Positions 9,327 to 19,024 of a stretch of 64,000 nt of DNA are shown piece by piece. Every line of letters begins with the position of its first letter. The first letter of the stretch is position 1. The notes under the pieces were generated by a model. It saw only the letters and a program-made list of their open reading frames with translations. It was not told where the DNA came from and did no database searches. The stretch is from Dehalococcoidia bacterium (GTDB taxonomy: Bacteria > Chloroflexota > Dehalococcoidia > Lucifugimonadales > UBA3495): assembly GCA_965232895.1 (NCBI GenBank), contig OZ247430.1, forward strand, positions 3,456,122-3,520,121, given 5' to 3'. A program made the translations under genes and the position numbers.

Positions 9327-11264
9327 ATGCCGCTGGCATTCCTGATCCCAGTCTTCTCCTTCGCCGCCTGCCCGCTGATCATCCTGTTCCAGCGCTGGCT
9401 GCCGTTGCGAGGCGCTCCGCTGGCCATCCTGGCCATCGGCGGCGGTTTCGTCGTGTGGGCGCTGACGACGGTGAGTTTCCTGGGCGCGTCCGCTGACGAC
9501 CCCGCCTGTGCGGTCAGCGGCATCACCGGCGCTTTGACCTGCCATTTCTCCACGTCGTGGTTCGAGGCGGGACTACCCGGCGTCGCCGCGAACGTTGACC
9601 AGGCGATCCACCTGGAATGGGGGATCATCATCGACCCGCTGACGGTGGTGCTCCTGGGACTGGTCACCTTTGTTGCCCTGGGCGTCCAGCTGTATTCCCT
9701 GGAATACATGAAGGGAGACCCGCGCTTCGGGTGGTACTTTGCCTGGCAGGCCCTGTTCGTAGCGGCGATGCTGACCCTGGCGCTGGCCGACAACTTCCTG
9801 CTGCTGTACATCGCGTGGGAGCTGGTGGGCCTGTGCTCCTACCTGCTCATCGGGTTCTGGTTTGAAAACCCCGGCCCGCGAGAGGCCGCGAAGAAAGCAT
9901 TTGTGGTGACCCGGATCGGCGACGTCGGCCTGCTGGTGGGCATCCTGCTCCTGTGGGTCAACGTGGGCAGCTTCAGCATGACGGACGCCTTTGCCGCTGC
10001 CGCGTCCGGCGAGTTGGGCAGCGGCGTCACCACCGCCGCCGCAATCCTCCTGCTGCTGGGCGCCATGGGCAAGTCGGCGCAGTTCCCCTTCCACGTGTGG
10101 CTGCCCGACGCCATGGAGGGCCCCACGCCCGTCAGCGCGCTCATCCACGCGGCGACCATGGTGATCGCCGGCGTGTACCTGGTGGCCCGTGCTTACCCGA
10201 TCTTCGCCGCGTCTCCCGAAGCCATGATGATCGTCGCCGTCGTCGGGTTGATCACCGCCCTGGGCGCGGCGACCATCGCGCTGGTGTCCACCGACCTGAA
10301 GCGGATCCTGGCGTATTCCACCGTATCGCACCTGGGCCTGATGATGCTCTCGCTGGGGGCGTTCGGGTGGACGGCGGCGGTGTTCCACCTGATGGCTCAC
10401 GGCTTCGCGAAAGCCCTGTTGTTCCTGGGGGCGGGAAGCGTCATGCACGGCGTCGGCGCCCACGGCGACGTGGACATCCGCCGCGTCGGCGGCCTGCGCC
10501 GGGCGATGCCCGTAACGGCGGTCGTGTTCTCCATCGGCGCGCTGTCCCTGGGCGGAATTCCGATCCTGGCCGGGTTCTGGAGCAAGGACGAAATCCTGAT
10601 CGCGGTGGAGCACAACCTGCCCGTGATATTCATCGTCCTGACGATGCTCACCGCGTTCCTCAGCGCGCTGTACATGGCCCGCGCCATGTTCGTGGTGTTC
10701 TTCGGACCCGAGGGCGAGGACAGCCACCACGCCCACGAATCGCCCCTGCTGATGACCGGCGTCATGTCGGCGCTGGCGGTGCTGGCGATCGGGTTCGGCT
10801 GGATCGCGTTCAACTGGCCGGGCAGTTTCGACGGCATTGGTGGCTTTGTTTTCTATGACCACGCGGAGAAGTTCCACTTCAACTACGTGCTGGGAGCGCT
10901 GTCGATAATCCTGGCGGTGGGCGCGTTTGTTCTCGCGTGGCTGATTTACGTGCGCCGGGCGATCTCCCACGAACCGTGGCGAGCCCGTTTTGCGGTGATC
11001 CTCCGGGTTGTGGAACGGCGGTATTACGTGGATGAGGCCTACCAGTGGGCCATTGACCGGGTGATACTCACCGTGTCGGCGGCCCTTGCTTTCTTCGACC
11101 GCGCCGTGGTCAACGACGTGGCAGTCAACGGCCCCGCCGACATCGTACGCAAGGCCGGCGTTGCGTTGCGGCTCCACGTCACCGGTCACGTCTATTCTTA
11201 CGCCCTGGCCGTGGCGCTGGGCGTGATCGGGCTGGCGATTTTCTGGTGGCTGCGGTCCGTATAG
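9327..11264 (+). CDS. nuoL: NADH-quinone oxidoreductase subunit L
   Basis: WELVGLCSYLLIGFW...GKSAQFPFHVWLPDAMEGPTPVSALIHAATMV. Confidence 0.95.
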   Translation: MPLAFLIPVFSFAACPLIILFQRWLPLRGAPLAILAIGGGFVVWALTTVSFLGASADDPACAVSGITGALTCHFSTSWFEAGLPGVAANVDQAIHLEWGIIIDPLTVVLLGLVTFVALGVQLYSLEYMKGDPRFGWYFAWQALFVAAMLTLALADNFLLLYIAWELVGLCSYLLIGFWFENPGPREAAKKAFVVTRIGDVGLLVGILLLWVNVGSFSMTDAFAAAASGELGSGVTTAAAILLLLGAMGKSAQFPFHVWLPDAMEGPTPVSALIHAATMVIAGVYLVARAYPIFAASPEAMMIVAVVGLITALGAATIALVSTDLKRILAYSTVSHLGLMMLSLGAFGWTAAVFHLMAHGFAKALLFLGAGSVMHGVGAHGDVDIRRVGGLRRAMPVTAVVFSIGALSLGGIPILAGFWSKDEILIAVEHNLPVIFIVLTMLTAFLSALYMARAMFVVFFGPEGEDSHHAHESPLLMTGVMSALAVLAIGFGWIAFNWPGSFDGIGGFVFYDHAEKFHFNYVLGALSIILAVGAFVLAWLIYVRRAISHEPWRARFAVILRVVERRYYVDEAYQWAIDRVILTVSAALAFFDRAVVNDVAVNGPADIVRKAGVALRLHVTGHVYSYALAVALGVIGLAIFWWLRSV

Positions 11265-11300
11265 AGTTTGCTGGCATGACGCAATATTGCTATCCCAGCG

Positions 11301-11385
11301 CCACGTCGTTATTCCCGCGAAAGCGGGAATCCAGTGCGTCGTTGCGCAACGGCATTCCGGTTTCCGGCTTCGGCCGGAATGACGC
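11301..11385. repeat. Two REP-like hairpin modules in the nuoL-nuoM spacer
   Basis: attcccgcgaaagcgggaat (11311..11330) and cattccgg...ccggaatg (11353..11381). Both match the internal hairpins of the MITE at 24894 and 39678. Confidence 0.6.
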
Positions 11386-11394
11386 TCGCTGATT

Positions 11395-12915
11395 TTGGTC
11401 ATGGGGAATTTCGACCAGGTATCCCTGCTGCTCTTGGTGCTGGTGCCACTGGCCGGCGCGGCGCTGGCCATGTTCCTGCCCAAGGACCGCCCGCGGGATG
11501 CGTGGCAGTTCGCCATCTTTGTCGCTGTCGCGTGCTTCGTCCTTTCGGTCATCGTGTTCCTGCGCTACGACTACGGGGCCGGCGGCGTCCAGATGGTGCG
11601 GGCCTACGACTGGATCGGGCACCCGGTCAACATAACGCTGCACTTCGGGCTCAACGGCATCGGCGCGCCGTTGGTGCTCTTGAACGGTATCGTGCTGCTG
11701 GGCGCGGTGCTGATCAGCCAGACCATCACCCGGCGGACGCGGGATTTCTTCGTCCTGCTCCTCGCCCTCGGCGCCGGTGTGTTCGGCGTGTTCGTGGTGC
11801 GCGACCTGTTCTTCCTGTTCTTCTTCTATGAGCTGGCCGTGCTGCCCATGTACCTGCTGATCGGCGTTTGGGGCAGCAGCACCGACTTCGGCAGCTTCCT
11901 GCGGACCAAGGAATACGGCGCGATGAAGCTGATGCTGATGCTGGTGGCCGGCAGCATCCTGATTTGGGTGGGCATCCTGGCGCTGTACGTCGCATCATCG
12001 CAGGCGGGCGACCCCACCTTCAACATCGACAAGCTGGCCGCGTTGCAGCAGAGCGGAGCGGTTTCCCGCCTCACGCAGCTGTGGGTGTTCCCCTTCTTTG
12101 CGCTGGGTTTCGGCGTGCTGGCCGGCCTGTGGCCCTTCCATACCTGGTCGCCCGACGGTCACGTCGCCGCGCCCACCGGCGTCAGCATGCTGCACGCCGG
12201 CGTGCTGATGAAACTGGGAGCCTTCGGCATCATCCAGGTGGGCATGATCCTCGCGCCGCAGGGCGCGGAGGTGTGGATGCCGGTGCTGATCGGCCTGGGC
12301 ACGGTGAACGTCATCTACGGCGCGATTTCCGCCCTGTCCCAGAACGACCTCAAGTACGTCATCGGCTATTCCAGCGTCAGCCACATGGGTTACGTGCTCA
12401 TGGGCATTGCCACGCTGCACCCGGTGGGACTGGCCGGCGCGGTGCTCCAGATGTTCTCCCACGGGATAATGACGGCCCTGATGTTCGCCATGGTGGGAGC
12501 CATTTACGAGCGAGCCCACATCCGCGACAGCATGATCCTGAACGGCCTCATCAAGCGCATGGGAACGACCACGTTCTTCTTCGCCATCGCCGGCCTGGCA
12601 TCCCTGGGTCTCCCCGGGCTGAGCGGGTTCATCGCCGAATTCATGGTGTTCACCGGGGCCTTCCGCACCTACCTGCCGCTGGCGGTGCTGGGCGTCATCG
12701 GCGCGGCCATCACCGCGGTGTACATCCTGCGTCTCCTGGCCCGTTCCTTCTTCGGCGAGGGCGACCCGCAGTGGGACCACCTCACCGACGCCAGCCCGGT
12801 GGAAAAGGGAGTGGGCGCTGCGTTCGTGCTCATTTTGATTGCGGTGGGCGTCTGGCCCGCCCCGCTGCTGCGGGTCATCAACACCGGCGTGGCAAGCGCG
12901 CTGGCCGCGTTTTAG
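11395..12915 (+). CDS. nuoM: NADH-quinone oxidoreductase subunit M
   Basis: FHTWSPDGHVAAPTGVSMLHAGVLMKLGAFG...YSSVSHMGYVLMG. Confidence 0.95.
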   Translation: MVMGNFDQVSLLLLVLVPLAGAALAMFLPKDRPRDAWQFAIFVAVACFVLSVIVFLRYDYGAGGVQMVRAYDWIGHPVNITLHFGLNGIGAPLVLLNGIVLLGAVLISQTITRRTRDFFVLLLALGAGVFGVFVVRDLFFLFFFYELAVLPMYLLIGVWGSSTDFGSFLRTKEYGAMKLMLMLVAGSILIWVGILALYVASSQAGDPTFNIDKLAALQQSGAVSRLTQLWVFPFFALGFGVLAGLWPFHTWSPDGHVAAPTGVSMLHAGVLMKLGAFGIIQVGMILAPQGAEVWMPVLIGLGTVNVIYGAISALSQNDLKYVIGYSSVSHMGYVLMGIATLHPVGLAGAVLQMFSHGIMTALMFAMVGAIYERAHIRDSMILNGLIKRMGTTTFFFAIAGLASLGLPGLSGFIAEFMVFTGAFRTYLPLAVLGVIGAAITAVYILRLLARSFFGEGDPQWDHLTDASPVEKGVGAAFVLILIAVGVWPAPLLRVINTGVASALAAF

Positions 12916-12927
12916 GCGGTTAACGGA

Positions 12928-14484
12928 ATGCCAATCGACTACACCGCCAACCTCCACCTGCTGACGCCGGAGTTCGTCCTGACGGCACTGGCCTTCCTGG
13001 TGTTCACGGTGGACCTGTTCCTGCCCGAGAGCAGGAAGGAATGGCTGGCTGGCCTGTCGGTGGTCAGCCTGGTGGCCGTGATGGTTGTCGCCATTCTCAT
13101 GCGTCCGTCCGGTTCCGTTGAGCTTTACGGCGGGCTGATCGTCGTCGACAGTTTCGGCCTGTTCTTCAAGATATTCTTCCTGGCCATCGGCGTCGGGATC
13201 ATCGCGCTGTCAGTGGAGTACGGGCGCGATCGCTTCGAGTATCGCGGCGAGTTCTACGGGCTGCTGCTGTTCTCCATCCTGGGCATGAACCTGATGGCCA
13301 TGTCCCGGGAACTGCTCACCGCCTACATCGCCCTGGAGCTGCTGTCCTTCAGCCTGTACGTCATGGTGGCCTACGGACTGCGCGAGGCGCGCTCCAACGA
13401 GGCTGGCATCAAGTACATCATCATCGGCGCGCTGTCGTCGGCCATCATGCTTTACGGGCTGAGCAACATCTACGCGGCGCTGGGAACCACATTCTTCGCC
13501 GGCATCGCCGAGGAATTGGCGTTGCCGGGCACGGTGAGTCCAGTCCTGTGGGTAGGTGTCGCGCTGCTGGTGGTGGGCCTCGGGTTCAAGCTCTCCGCAG
13601 TGCCTTTCCACATGTGGGCCCCCGACGCCTACGAGGGCGCGCCGCTGCCGGTGACAGCGTATCTCGCCATTGGATCCAAGGCGGCCGCGTTCGCGTTGAC
13701 CCTGCGCCTGTTCGCGGAGGCCATCGTTCCCGCCGTAGATCGCTGGGACGAGTGGCAGCTGGTCATCGCCGTGCTGGCTGCCATCACCATGCTGCTGGGC
13801 AACCTGGTGGCGCTGGCCCAGCGGAACCTGAAGCGGCTGATGGCCTACAGCAGCATCGGACACGTGGGCTACGCGCTGGCCGGCATCGCGGTGCTGGGCA
13901 ACGATTTTGCCCTGGCCGCCAAGTCGGTGGTGTTCTACCTGGTGGTGTACGCCGTGACCAACCTGGTGGTGTTCGCCGGCGTCACCGCCTACTACAACCG
14001 CACCGGGCAGGACAACATTGCGGACCTGGCCGGTCTGGCCGACCGGCAGCCCTTTGTCGCCGCTGCCATCGCCATCGGCCTGTTCTCCCTGGCGGGACTG
14101 CCCATTTTCGCCGGGTTCACCGCCAAGTTCTACCTGTTCGCGGCCGTGGCCGACGGCGGTTTCCTGTGGCTGGCCGGCGTCGCGATTTTCGCCAGTCTCA
14201 TCTCCCTGTACTACTACCTGCAGGTGCTCCGCCAGATGTACATCGAGCGGCCGGCCAACCCTGACCACGCGCAAGACGGGCACGAATCCGCCGAAGACCA
14301 CGGCGAGACCCACGGCCACGGCGGCCACGAGGAACCGACGGTTGCGCCGATGCCCCGTCCGTCATTGCTGCTCACGGCCACCATGGGCGCCGGTCTGCTG
14401 GTGGTGGTCTGGTTGGGAATCTACCCCGCCCCGCTGCTGGGCCTGATCGACGCGGCCAGCGCGGCCATCGTGCCGCTGGGATAG
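12928..14484 (+). CDS. nuoN: NADH-quinone oxidoreductase subunit N
   Basis: FKLSAVPFHMWAPDAYEGAPLPVTAYL...MAYSSIGHVGY; last gene of the cluster. Confidence 0.93.
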   Translation: MPIDYTANLHLLTPEFVLTALAFLVFTVDLFLPESRKEWLAGLSVVSLVAVMVVAILMRPSGSVELYGGLIVVDSFGLFFKIFFLAIGVGIIALSVEYGRDRFEYRGEFYGLLLFSILGMNLMAMSRELLTAYIALELLSFSLYVMVAYGLREARSNEAGIKYIIIGALSSAIMLYGLSNIYAALGTTFFAGIAEELALPGTVSPVLWVGVALLVVGLGFKLSAVPFHMWAPDAYEGAPLPVTAYLAIGSKAAAFALTLRLFAEAIVPAVDRWDEWQLVIAVLAAITMLLGNLVALAQRNLKRLMAYSSIGHVGYALAGIAVLGNDFALAAKSVVFYLVVYAVTNLVVFAGVTAYYNRTGQDNIADLAGLADRQPFVAAAIAIGLFSLAGLPIFAGFTAKFYLFAAVADGGFLWLAGVAIFASLISLYYYLQVLRQMYIERPANPDHAQDGHESAEDHGETHGHGGHEEPTVAPMPRPSLLLTATMGAGLLVVVWLGIYPAPLLGLIDAASAAIVPLG

Positions 14485-14530
14485 CTACCGCTTTGGTGAG
14501 TCATGCCTACACCGAGATCAGAGCATCAAA

Positions 14531-15298
14531 TTACGCCGCCAATTCATCGCGCACTGCTTCGCGTTGCGTCCACGGAACCGGGAGCACATCGTAATTCCTT
14601 AGAGCTTCCTGCACGTTGCCAGATACGGATTGGTCGCTATCGTTGAGAAACGCATAGGTGCGAGAATCCGAAGGACGTATATCACGAGTATCGATATAGG
14701 AGAACACAATCGCTTGGGCGATGTCCCGGCTTGGACGGTTTACTGTCCGTAACAGGCGCTCCGGATGAGTACGTGATTTGGGGATAATAAAGTTGAACCG
14801 GTGGTCGTACCCGCTTTGCCCTTTGAGGGTCACGTCAGGGGTGTAACGTATGTCGCAGTCATCTAGCCATGCCGTGACGTCCTCCAGGAATAGGCTCGCC
14901 ACTGTCGACTGTGCCAAGTAAAAGAGATCGTTGACGGCCAGCATGGCTTGGAGGAGATTGTGCTTGCGGACCGCGAAATTGGCTGATCCCGCTTGGACTT
15001 CTAAACGGCGATTTTCAACAAGTTCTACGCCGAAACCCCTTAGTGTGATAGCAAGAATCTCTTGTCGCCGAGGCGTGTCGATGGGGCAGCCGGACATCTC
15101 TAGGTCGTCCAAAGTAAACCCATCATCAGTCAACAAAAACCCATCGCCTGATTTTGTCGCATATATCTGGATATAATCATTGTGCCGGTCCAGATGCGGC
15201 GTCGTAATCTCGTACCAACTGTCGATTTGGCGTAGGGTGGTCTTGTCCTTCAACCAATCCCAATATCGGTCTAGCAAGACTTGGATGTCGTCGTTCAT
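14531..15298 (-). CDS. DUF1828/DUF1829-like two-domain protein
   Basis: WYEITTPHLDRHNDYIQIY matches my recollection of the DUF1828 N-domain, and the C-terminal half looks DUF1829-like. The gene is more AT-rich than nuoN. Confidence 0.55.
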   Translation of the reverse strand: MNDDIQVLLDRYWDWLKDKTTLRQIDSWYEITTPHLDRHNDYIQIYATKSGDGFLLTDDGFTLDDLEMSGCPIDTPRRQEILAITLRGFGVELVENRRLEVQAGSANFAVRKHNLLQAMLAVNDLFYLAQSTVASLFLEDVTAWLDDCDIRYTPDVTLKGQSGYDHRFNFIIPKSRTHPERLLRTVNRPSRDIAQAIVFSYIDTRDIRPSDSRTYAFLNDSDQSVSGNVQEALRNYDVLPVPWTQREAVRDELAA

Positions 15299-15894
15299 TT
15301 GAACAACTCCCGCCTGATGTTGGGTGCGTCAGTCACGTTGGTGAACTTCAAAAAGTCCAGCAGCGTTTGCCAAGTGTCGCTCACATCAGAAAAGTGCTCG
15401 CTTGGCGCAGGAACCGCCCACTTGTCAGCGTATCCCTCAACATAAACATGCAAATGCGGTGCGGGGACTTCAACATCGTCTGGGTTGCGATGTGGAGGTC
15501 CTCCAATATCGAGCCGCGCGAGGATTACAGAACGTCGTGCTCGGTTTTGGAAGGTGTTTTTGGTCAGATTGATCCGACCACGGTACAGGTCCAACGAAAA
15601 GTTTTCACGGCCGTCCATTGATTCTAGCGGAATGATCGCTTTCCCCCCGGTGTATGGGAAACGCCATTGGTTGTCATTGACTTTGCGCTTTTCTACCGCG
15701 AGAAGGGCGTCCGCAATAGCTTGAGCCAAAAGGATGCCTGCCACATTGATCCCCCGGTGATGAGATAGAATTGGCCCTCGTAAGCTCTCCGATTGCCAAT
15801 CGCGCCGGCAGTCTATTACGTGTGTTAGGAAATGCACAAGCGTCGCGATTCTCGCATGGCCACTGCTGCAGTCCTTGGACACTCGACCGAGCAA
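15295..15894 (-). CDS. Hypothetical protein with GGPPHRNPD...PHLHVYVEGY motif (possibly DUF6978-like)
   Basis: ATGA overlap with the downstream gene. The ORF-track start is TTG 15894. GTG 15744, preceded by GGGGA, would give about 149 aa. Confidence 0.5.
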   Translation of the reverse strand: MLGRVSKDCSSGHARIATLVHFLTHVIDCRRDWQSESLRGPILSHHRGINVAGILLAQAIADALLAVEKRKVNDNQWRFPYTGGKAIIPLESMDGRENFSLDLYRGRINLTKNTFQNRARRSVILARLDIGGPPHRNPDDVEVPAPHLHVYVEGYADKWAVPAPSEHFSDVSDTWQTLLDFLKFTNVTDAPNIRRELFK

Positions 15895-15975
15895 CTGTCC
15901 CGAACTCAGGGTGGTTGGCTTGATGTCAGACGAATGACGATGGGGAATATGGGCAGACTGACTTCACAGGAGCAA

Positions 15976-16513
15976 ATGAGCACAATGATCATCGCAGTTA
16001 TCGGCAACTACGACCCGCCACCCCACGTTTACGCTCTCGCTGAGGGCGTCGGCCAGGAGCTGGCCCGACGCGGCATCACGCTGGTGTGCGGCGGTCTCAC
16101 CGGAGTGATGGAAGCGGTGTGCAAGGGGGCAAAGTCGGAGAACGGCGCCACCATCGGCATCCTGCCCGGCGGGTCGCCGCGCTCGGCCAACGAGTGGGTG
16201 GACTTTCCCGTTGCCACCAACATGGGGTTCGCCCGGAACGTGGCGGTGGTCAGCACCGGACAGGCGGTAATCGCCGTTGGCGGCGCGTTCGGAACCCTGT
16301 CGGAAATCGCCTACGCCCTCAGTTACGGCATACCGGTGGTCTCGCTGCACAGCTGGCCGCTGACCCTGCGTGGCGACGGCCTGCCCGTGGGCGACAATTA
16401 CATCATCGCCGATGACCCGGTTGACGCCGTGGACAAGGCGGTGGCCGCGGCCCTGGCCCGCACCGACGAAACCCAGACCGTCGCCTTCTCCGAACCCCTG
16501 CCGGAGGTGCCAA

Positions 16514-16521
<8 letters not shown>
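15976..16521 (+). CDS. TIGR00725/LOG-like (SLOG superfamily) Rossmann protein
   Basis: IAVIGNYDP...[17 protein letters not shown]...[20 protein letters not shown] 15976 has an AGGAG RBS. Earlier starts would overlap the divergent gene. Confidence 0.7.
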
Positions 16522-17818
<1,297 letters not shown>

Positions 17819-17868
17819 ATCAGCGTTCCGTGGCGGTGTTAAGGCCCGGCCCGGATTTGCCTTTTCGG

Positions 17869-17877
17869 TGGTATAAT
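17869..17877 (+). promoter_or_regulatory. Candidate extended -10 element (TGGTATAAT) upstream of gap
   Basis: tggtataat sits about 127 nt upstream of the gap start in the eno-gap spacer. No clear -35 element. Confidence 0.3.
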
Positions 17878-18003
17878 CGCGGACGCCGGCAGGGTCTAAT
17901 CGACCGCGAGAATCTCGCCGCCGCCGGCTGGACGGCACGTATATCGCGTGCTTTGCCTGTCACTGCAATTGGCCACGCTTGAACTGACGGGAGGCATTCC
18001 ACG

Positions 18004-19011
18004 ATGGCGACGCGCATCGGTATCAATGGGTTCGGGCGGATCGGACGTCTGGTCGCTCGGGCGGCGCTTTCACCTACGTACCACGACCGGCTCGATCTGG
18101 TCGCAGTCAACGGACTGGGAGACTCCGATACCGCTGCCCACCTTTTCAAGTACGACAGCACCTACGGCCCGTATGCCGGCGCCGTGGGGACCGATAATGG
18201 GAACATCGTCATCGATGGCAAGTCGATCCGCAAGTTCCAGGAATCGGAGCCGGCCAACATTCCCTGGTCGGAGATGGGCGTCGACATCGTCGTGGAATGC
18301 ACCGGCCACTTCACCGACGCCGCGAAAGCGGCGGCACACATCGAGAGCGGCGGCGCCAACAAGGTCATCATCTCCGCTCCGGCGCGTGGCGCGGACGCCA
18401 CCATTGTGCTTGGCGTGAATGACGAGATATACGACGATGGCGAGCACCGGATCATCTCCAACGCCTCCTGCACTACCAACTGCTTCGCGCCCATGGTCAA
18501 GGTCCTGCACGACGCTTTCGGCGTTGAGCGGGGCCTGATGTCCACCATCCACGCCTACACCAACGACCAGAGCATCCTGGACCGCAACCACCGGGACCTG
18601 CGCCGGGCCCGGGCCGCCGCGCAGAACATCATCCCCACCAGCACCGGCGCGGCCCGCTCCGTGGGTGTAGTGCTGCCCGAATTGAACGGCAAGCTCCACG
18701 GCATCGCCTACCGCATCCCCACGTCCGTCGGTTCCGCCACCGACTTCGTGGCAGACCTCAAGCAGAACGTCACTAAGGACGAGGTCAACGCCGCTTTCAG
18801 GGCCGCCGCCGAAGGCCCGCTCAAGGGCATCCTCGAATATACCGAGGACCCCATCGTCAGCTCCGATATCCGCGGCAACACGCACAGCTGCGTCTTCGAC
18901 GGCCTGAGCACCATGGTCCTGGACGACAGCATGGTCAAGATCCTGGGCTGGTACGACAACGAGTGGGGATACTCGTGCCGCACCGCCGACCTGTGCTGCC
19001 TGATTTCGTAG
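18004..19011 (+). CDS. gap: Glyceraldehyde-3-phosphate dehydrogenase
   Basis: INGFGRIGRLV...SNASCTTNCFAP...WYDNEWGYS. Confidence 0.97.
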   Translation: MATRIGINGFGRIGRLVARAALSPTYHDRLDLVAVNGLGDSDTAAHLFKYDSTYGPYAGAVGTDNGNIVIDGKSIRKFQESEPANIPWSEMGVDIVVECTGHFTDAAKAAAHIESGGANKVIISAPARGADATIVLGVNDEIYDDGEHRIISNASCTTNCFAPMVKVLHDAFGVERGLMSTIHAYTNDQSILDRNHRDLRRARAAAQNIIPTSTGAARSVGVVLPELNGKLHGIAYRIPTSVGSATDFVADLKQNVTKDEVNAAFRAAAEGPLKGILEYTEDPIVSSDIRGNTHSCVFDGLSTMVLDDSMVKILGWYDNEWGYSCRTADLCCLIS

Positions 19012-19024
19012 TGATTCCTGGCGG

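Noticed and set aside
9573-11552. 659-aa ORF on the minus strand (similar cases at 3810..5120, 4964..5971, 13210..14328, 40550..41680)
   Set aside because: These are antisense to nuoL and other clearly coding genes. Their composition is dominated by R/G/H/P/D and they show no recognisable domains.
1772-14484. Absence of nuoE, nuoF, nuoG as a deletion
   Set aside because: nuoD is followed directly by nuoH with a GTGA overlap and no scar. The 11-subunit layout is a known natural form of complex I-type operons.
15832-15975. Upstream extension of the LOG-like gene
   Set aside because: It would overlap the divergently transcribed gene ending at 15894. ATG 15976 has an AGGAG RBS and starts at the conserved IAVIG strand.
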